Positions 58,348 through 64,000 of a stretch of 64,000 bases of DNA are shown here, piece after piece. Below the pieces are notes generated by a model. That model worked only from the letters and a program-made list of their open reading frames with translations, was not told the DNA's origin and did no database searches. The stretch's first letter is position 1. The number at the start of each line of letters is the position of its first letter. Origin of the DNA: an uncultured Fibrobacterota bacterium (GTDB lineage Bacteria; Fibrobacterota; Chitinivibrionia; Chitinivibrionales; FEN-1185); assembly GCA_963729895.1 (NCBI GenBank), contig CAVSQB010000009.1, forward strand, positions 137,565 through 201,564, given 5' to 3'. Both the position numbers and the translations under genes were made by a program.

Positions 58348-59486
58348 TTCAGGTTCTCCGCAGGAAAGGCGGCAGACCACCCTCCCGACACGCACTAAGG
58401 ATAAAACACAAGCACCGAGCCGGTTTCCGTTCCGCCTTCAACGCCGCCGATCACGTAGATGCGGTCGCCCGAGGATACCGCGGCGCAGCCGTAACGCGGT
58501 TTCGGCAGATTCTGACGATACGTCGACGTGTTCTGAACCGGATCCAATTCTTCCACCGAAGAAACGGCCGTGTCATTCGGATCAAGCCCGCCGATTGCGT
58601 AGATCTTGCCGTTGACCGCCGCTACGCCGAACGACAACCGGGCCGTCAGGAGCGAAGGGCCGGGAACGACGAAGTTGGTTGACGGATCATATACTTCAAC
58701 GCTTGTCTGCGGCGAGCAGTCGCCCTGGTTCGGCGATCCGCCCAATCCTCCGATGATGTAAATCTTGCCGTTGAGCGCAACTGCCTGATGATCGCTGCGT
58801 TCAACCATCATCGACGCTCGCATCGAAAGCGTTCCGGTTGACGGGTCCCATGCGTCTATTTCGTTGGTGACGGTAAAACCCTGGCTCGGGCCCGCATAAA
58901 CCAGGCCCCCGATCAGATATACGGTGTCACCCACGGCGCACGCGGCGGCATTGTACCGGTATGCCGGCAGTTGGCCTGCCGAGTCCCACCGGCCGCTGGA
59001 GATTCCAAACGAATCTACGACCTGAAAATATCCCCGCTCGCTCACACCCCCAAACGAATAAATCGTATTATTTACGGGTGCAATTGCATTCCAGTAGCGG
59101 GCGCTCGGAAGTGACGCGGCAAGCGTTGTCCAGGGTCCGTTTGTGCCCGCAACATATGTTTCCACGGTGCTGAGGGGGACAAGGGTGGCGCCGGCTCCCG
59201 GGTTGATGGTTGCCGCGCCGCCAACGGCATAGATAACGCCGTTTACCATCACAGCCGAAGGGAGTCTTCGCGCCCTTGACAGCGGCGCCACATACGCCCA
59301 CACGTTCGTCGGCACGACGGTAACCTTCCAGCTCAGCGTGTCCAGGCCGCCGAACCCGTCGCTCACCAGAACGCTTATGACGTGTGCGCCCGTGTCGAGC
59401 ACCGTGGGAGTCCAGGAGAGCGTGCTGTCGAAAATCGACAATCCGGTAATCTGCGAGAGCTGGCTGAATCTCAGGCTGTCTTTGTT

Positions 59487-61252
59487 GAGCCTGTAGAAAA
59501 ACCTGGATTTGCCGCCGTCTCTTGGTTTGTTGAAAAACTAGGTTGTACCAGTCCGCAAAATCAAGATGATTTAAAACGAAACAATGAAACAGGTTGAAAA
59601 TGAAGTCGAATCAGCTTTTTTCATCCACACGGACTATTCTCCCAGGTTAAACCGCCCACTGAGGGGCGTAATTGCATATCTTCTCGATATTATGCACAAG
59701 ACAATATAACAGCCACTGTATATTCACTTTGCGCTTTGTCCTGAGAGTAAATCGGTCCATTCGTTTCGCCCCACGGATGTTTCCAAATACCGGCTCAATG
59801 ATTGCCATCCGCTTGCTGTAAATCTCCCTTCCATCCGGCGTATCGATCTTGGACGCCATTTCCTTGACCAGGTACTGGTACGGGTCTTTATTTATATTGA
59901 TTGACTTGCTCTTCGAACGCTCGTTTCTCATGCACCTGGCTTTCAGGCCACACACGCCGCAGTCACGGCGTGAAGCCTTGTACGCATAATAGTTCAATCC
60001 CAGAATCTGCATAAGATTTTTGTTGGTATGCAGCTTTTTCCCCGCTGGACAAATGTAGCATCCGCTTCTCTTGTCATAATGGAAGTCGGAAGTCTCAAAA
60101 AACTTCTCTCGCGGTATGTCATTCCCCTTGTGTCGAAACGCCGTCGAAAACCGCGGGTCTCGTTTTCTAAAATTGTTGTCCGGGATATATCCATCCGCCC
60201 GTTCATTATGGAGCACCTTCAGGTTTTCGATGCTATGAAAATTGGAATCGGCGGTGATGACAGCACCCTCAAGCACGTCTGGACCTAACCCCGCTTCTTT
60301 CAAGTTCGTCTTTAAACCTTGCATGACAGGCGCAAGCGTGTCTCCTTCCTGACCTTCACCGAACGCTTCCGTGTGAACGACAATCTGATGCTTCGCGTCA
60401 ACCGCGGCCACACCAGTATACCCTTGGATAACACCATGCGACGTCTTCATCTTCGCGCTTTCATTGTCCGTAATATTGCTCTGCCGCACCCTGCGGCGTT
60501 TGCCCGGCTTGTCCTCGTTCTCCGAGAGCCACTTTTCAAGCTTGTCAATCTTCGCCTGCGCCGCTTTGAGACGGTCGTCAAAGTTTCTGTCCTCGTCTTC
60601 GCTTATCTCACCACGCTTGTCCTTCTCTATGTGACGCTTTACCATGTAATCGAGCGCTTTTATCAGTTTCTCCCGCTTTTTTCCTAAATCCTCCTTAGTC
60701 CCGCTCCACTCCTTGGATGCGTTCGACGAAATCTTGCACCCGTCTATGGCAAACATGCTGCCCTCGATTAGATCCAATTCCAAACAGACAAGCACGACCT
60801 GACGGAACAATGGCAGGATTTCCTCCTGCATGCTCGATACGAAATCCGCTATCGTGGTAAAATGGGGGTGACTATCCGCCGAAAGCGCCATGAACACCAC
60901 GTTCTCGTCACAAAGCTGTGCAATTTTCCGGGAGGATACGACCCCTTTGGAATAGGCATACAGAACAATTTTAAGGAGAATGGCGGGGTCGAATGCCGGT
61001 GCGCCGTTGTCGTCGTTCTTAAAACGGCGATGAAACAAAGTAAGATCAAGGGTATTTACGGTCTTGCTGATGGTATACTCAAACGTTCCGGGAAGAATCT
61101 GGCGATCAAAGGAGAGGGGGATCATCTTGGTCTGTTCGTAGGAGTACGGCTTGAAACGAGGCATCAGGCTCCTTTCGCTTATATTTACATATGGTAATAT
61201 AAGGAAAAAGATGCCGGTCCGCTTAGAAAAGATGGGGTTTTCCTACAGCCTC
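59487..61252 (-). mobile_element. IS1182-family insertion sequence (about 1766 bp)
   Basis: 17-bp IRs GAGCCTGTAGAAAAACC / GAGGCTGTAGGAAAACC; TSD GTT (or GTTG with a 1-bp boundary shift). Confidence 0.92.
59647..61164 (-). CDS. IS1182 transposase
   Basis: GAPAFDP.ILLK..LYAY.G..SSR, PHFTTIADF, AIDGCKI..NAS, NITDNES..M, ITADSNF, IEPVFGNI. Confidence 0.93.
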   Translation of the reverse strand: MPRFKPYSYEQTKMIPLSFDRQILPGTFEYTISKTVNTLDLTLFHRRFKNDDNGAPAFDPAILLKIVLYAYSKGVVSSRKIAQLCDENVVFMALSADSHPHFTTIADFVSSMQEEILPLFRQVVLVCLELDLIEGSMFAIDGCKISSNASKEWSGTKEDLGKKREKLIKALDYMVKRHIEKDKRGEISEDEDRNFDDRLKAAQAKIDKLEKWLSENEDKPGKRRRVRQSNITDNESAKMKTSHGVIQGYTGVAAVDAKHQIVVHTEAFGEGQEGDTLAPVMQGLKTNLKEAGLGPDVLEGAVITADSNFHSIENLKVLHNERADGYIPDNNFRKRDPRFSTAFRHKGNDIPREKFFETSDFHYDKRSGCYICPAGKKLHTNKNLMQILGLNYYAYKASRRDCGVCGLKARCMRNERSKSKSININKDPYQYLVKEMASKIDTPDGREIYSKRMAIIEPVFGNIRGAKRMDRFTLRTKRKVNIQWLLYCLVHNIEKICNYAPQWAV

Positions 61253-62897
61253 GTTGACGTCCACCACCGCGAGCTTCACCACGTACGTTGTTCCCACGTT
61301 GGCAATTTTGGAGATTGTCGCGGAGTCGGCGAGAAAACGCGGCGGCGTGTTGACAATTGCGCCGGTCGAGGCTTTGCCGGGGTTGGAAACAAGGCCGTTT
61401 GAGGCGGCGACAATCACCGAATACTTCTTCGGCCCGTTTTTCCATGTTATTATGGTAAACGCGGTGTCCTGCACGCCCGCCTCGGAATCCGCGACAACCG
61501 TCGCTGTTCCGGCTGCCGTGTCGCTCACGAGGAGCCGGTATTCCTTAAACGCCGGTTCAGCCGAGGCCCGCCACAGTACGGTGCAGGAACTGTCGGTCGA
61601 CCTGACAGTCACCACATCCACCGCCCTGGGACGCACAACCAGGTGAATACTGTCGAGCCACACCATGCCGCGCTCGTCAAGGGCCTGAATGTACACTTCC
61701 TTTGAGCCGGATGCGGTCCAGGCATACGACAGCGTATCGTTCCCCTGCTTTGCGCCAAACCACGTTTTCTTCAGGAACGCGGAGCCCGGCGTCCCGGTGA
61801 ACCAGGTGACCGTATCCGTCTTTGTGAGACCGCTGGAAAACCTGGCGGCGATCCTCACCGTATCACCCGCGCTTGCAGTGTCGCTTGCGGGAAAAGGCAT
61901 GGTGAGCCAGAACACGGTCCGGACAGACGATGGCGGCACAGTGCGAACCGAAACCAGATTTGAAAAAGCGCTCGCATTGGTTTCAACGTCGAACGCCTTT
62001 ACCACATAGGAATAATCGTGAACGAGAGAATCTTGGCTGTTCTTATAGACGGTGTCGACGAAAAACGTGTCCGTAATCGGCGCGGACGAACCGATAACGG
62101 AGTATCCTGTGTCCGCCGAATCCCTCCGGTATACTCTGTACCCCACCAGATCGGAAACCATGACGGAATCCCACGATAGGCGCACGATCCCGTCGGCGGT
62201 GTCCACGGTTGCGGAAAGACCTGCGGGCGGAGGAGGCGCGCCGGTCGGGTCCAGGCTCAACCCGGTGGCCCCCACATTCGTCACCTGGCCGGAAACCACG
62301 GTGACTTGGGAATCGACGGCAACAAGATACCCTGGGAAATAGAAATAGACCTTGTAAACGCCTTTGGGAACGCCGGAAATGGTGAATCCGCCCGTGTCGT
62401 TGCTCATTGCTATAAACGACGTGCCCGGCACATAGCAGAACACCCCTGCATCGGGACCGCCGCCCAAAACGACTCTACCGCTTATACTCCCCGGCGGATA
62501 CATGGTGTCCACGCCCAGGTCCGTATCAAACGTGACGACCTTGACATCAGGTATCAAGGCGACAAGCGCGCCCTTGTTGTAACTGCATCTGATGTTGTAC
62601 ACGCCCCCTGTAGTGTCCAGATGATGCAGAACGAACCTTCCGGCTGCGTCGGAGAGGGTGTCTGCGCGATGGAGCCCCGCGGTGTCGAGAATCGACGTGG
62701 AATCTTTTTGAACCTGCGCCGTATCCGCCACCACCGTCGCGCCGGCAATCCGATTTCCCTTTCCATCAACCAAGAAACCCACGACCTCGGAACCCGAGCC
62801 GCTGCCGGCGATCTGTGTGGGGCTGCAACGCACCAGCAGGGCCGCGGTTGCGCACGCGAGAAGAAGCAGGGAACGGCGGTGAATCATGGCGTTTCCG

Positions 62898-63725
62898 CTA
62901 TGGCTTTGGCGCCGGGCTTGACATTGGAAAAACATGGAAATTTATGTGATACACCCTGTCGACATCCTTGTCGGATCTCACCAGTTCGAGGATTTCGCGC
63001 CTGAACCGTTTGAGCCGCTCGTCGATCTGCGAGTATCCTTCGGCCGAACAACTGAACGTGAGCGTCGACATGCTCCGGCGGTCGCGCGGATACCTGTCGA
63101 TTGCCTGCCGGGCGAGCTCGGTGGTTGCCGTCAGGTAGTTGTTGATGGCCAGCGATTGCGCATCGTACCCGGTGGTGATGATGTCGTCGACCAGCCGGTA
63201 GTAGCCCGGCTCGGTTTTCTTGATAAAGCCGAGCTGCTCCAGGAGCGCCACCGCCTTTTTCGCCTCCGCCGGCGTTATGGCCGGAGATACCTTCTTTGCA
63301 AGCTCGGCGTAGTTTCCGTCGAATTTGTAAAAGTTAAGCACTTCGCGCACCGCGGTGTAGTACCATTTGCTGTAAAACTCATAGTGCTGCGCCTCGGTGA
63401 CTTTTATCTTCGACTTTTTTGAGGCAAGGATCTTCTCGAAGTAGTACTTCTTCTGCTCGTGCTGCTTTGCCTGATCGAACATGACAAGCAGTTCAAAATA
63501 TTCCGTCTCGGCGCGCTTGAGCTTGAAAACCTGCGCAAACTTGAATATAAATTCCGACGAGATGTTGCGCTTTCTTTGCACGACGTTCACAAAAAAACCG
63601 GCCGAACTGTACCCCACTTTCTGAGCAATATAGCGGAATGAGAAGAACGGAAATTCCTTTTTCCTGTCTTCGTACAAGTCCCTGAGCAGCTTCCTGTAGT
63701 CTATGTACTCGAAAATGTCGATCAT
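62898..63725 (-). CDS. TIGR02147 / DUF4423 family protein (HTH-containing)
   Basis: IFEYIDYRKLLRD.Y..RK...FSFR..A.K.G.SS, EYFELLV.F.QA, FYSKWYY..VRE, VYHINFHVFP. Confidence 0.9.
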   Translation of the reverse strand: MIDIFEYIDYRKLLRDLYEDRKKEFPFFSFRYIAQKVGYSSAGFFVNVVQRKRNISSEFIFKFAQVFKLKRAETEYFELLVMFDQAKQHEQKKYYFEKILASKKSKIKVTEAQHYEFYSKWYYTAVREVLNFYKFDGNYAELAKKVSPAITPAEAKKAVALLEQLGFIKKTEPGYYRLVDDIITTGYDAQSLAINNYLTATTELARQAIDRYPRDRRSMSTLTFSCSAEGYSQIDERLKRFRREILELVRSDKDVDRVYHINFHVFPMSSPAPKP

Positions 63726-63746
63726 AAATGAATGGTATCCCTCTAG

Positions 63747-64000
63747 CAGGGTGTTGAAAAAGTCTCCCTTTTGTAAACATTTATCCTTATATTATAGGGG
63801 AACCCCAACCAAGGAGTATTGATGAGAGGTTCCCAGCCAGCCCAAGGCGGTATGTTCAGCTTCGTTTCTCCGGATTCCCGAGTGCCGGCAACACACCCGC
63901 TTCGTCGTGTCAAACAGTTTACGGACATAGCGCTGCGCCGCCTTTCTCGTGACTTTGAGGCGATGTACAGCCGGATGGGACGCCCTTCGATACCGCCGGA
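63747..64000 (+). mobile_element. Left end of an IS5-family element (runs off the window)
   Basis: CTAG target at 63743-63746 followed by IR-like CAGGGTGTTGAAAAAGTC; transposase starts at 63822. Confidence 0.75.
63822..64000 (+). CDS. IS5-family transposase, N-terminal fragment (not in the ORF track)
   Basis: RBS AAGGAG; MRGSQPAQGGMFSFVSPDSRVPATHPLRRVKQFTDIALRRLSRDFEAMYSRMGRPSIPP. Confidence 0.85.
   Translation, partial: MRGSQPAQGGMFSFVSPDSRVPATHPLRRVKQFTDIALRRLSRDFEAMYSRMGRPSIPP

Larger units (their letters stand above)
58395..62887 (-). pseudogene. Large lipoprotein (carboxypeptidase-regulatory-like, FN3, Ig/cadherin-like and Kelch domains) interrupted by IS1182
   Basis: Lipobox LLVRC; removing the IS restores VVDVN|KDSLRFSQ in frame, 907 aa; Kelch motifs IYAVGG, IYSFGG, VYLIGG, IYIIGG, IYAIGG, IYVIGG. 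Confidence 0.88.

Overview
Bacterial genomic window, most likely from Fibrobacterota (Chitinivibrionia-like). This is an inference from a TIGR02147/DUF4423 gene, a fibro-slime domain protein and many secreted proteins ending in a T9SS-CTD-like module. In order it holds: (1) a tandem array of four complete secreted BNR_4-type beta-propeller paralogues, a partial upstream gene and a GH105/GH88 unsaturated-uronyl hydrolase; (2) a tightly coupled six-gene minus-strand operon of maturation protease, Tat-exported [NiFe]-hydrogenase small and large subunits, a probable outer-membrane beta-barrel, an 11-heme cytochrome c and a 6-heme lipoprotein cytochrome c. This looks like a hydrogenase wired to a porin-cytochrome conduit and is the most striking feature; (3) a sugar-acid operon (OYE-GltD fusion, SDR, FAD protein, eda, kdgK); (4) an IS1595 element with an IS21 element nested in its transposase, both with IRs and TSDs visible; (5) an AT-richer block with a Tat aldo-keto reductase, an MFS/spermidine-synthase fusion, a ThuA-domain protein, a His-rich Ni/Co transporter and outer-membrane proteins; (6) an MFS transporter, a second GH105 copy with a DUF4350-like partner, and a DUF559 nuclease bracketed by inverted REP-like repeats; (7) a minor-pilin operon whose PilX-like gene is fused to discoidin and fibro-slime domains; (8) a GH81 glucanase; (9) a decaying TIGR02147-led operon (IS1182 insertion, internal TAG, IS5 just upstream). 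No rRNA, tRNA or CRISPR array was seen. All family calls come from motif recognition by eye; no searches were run.
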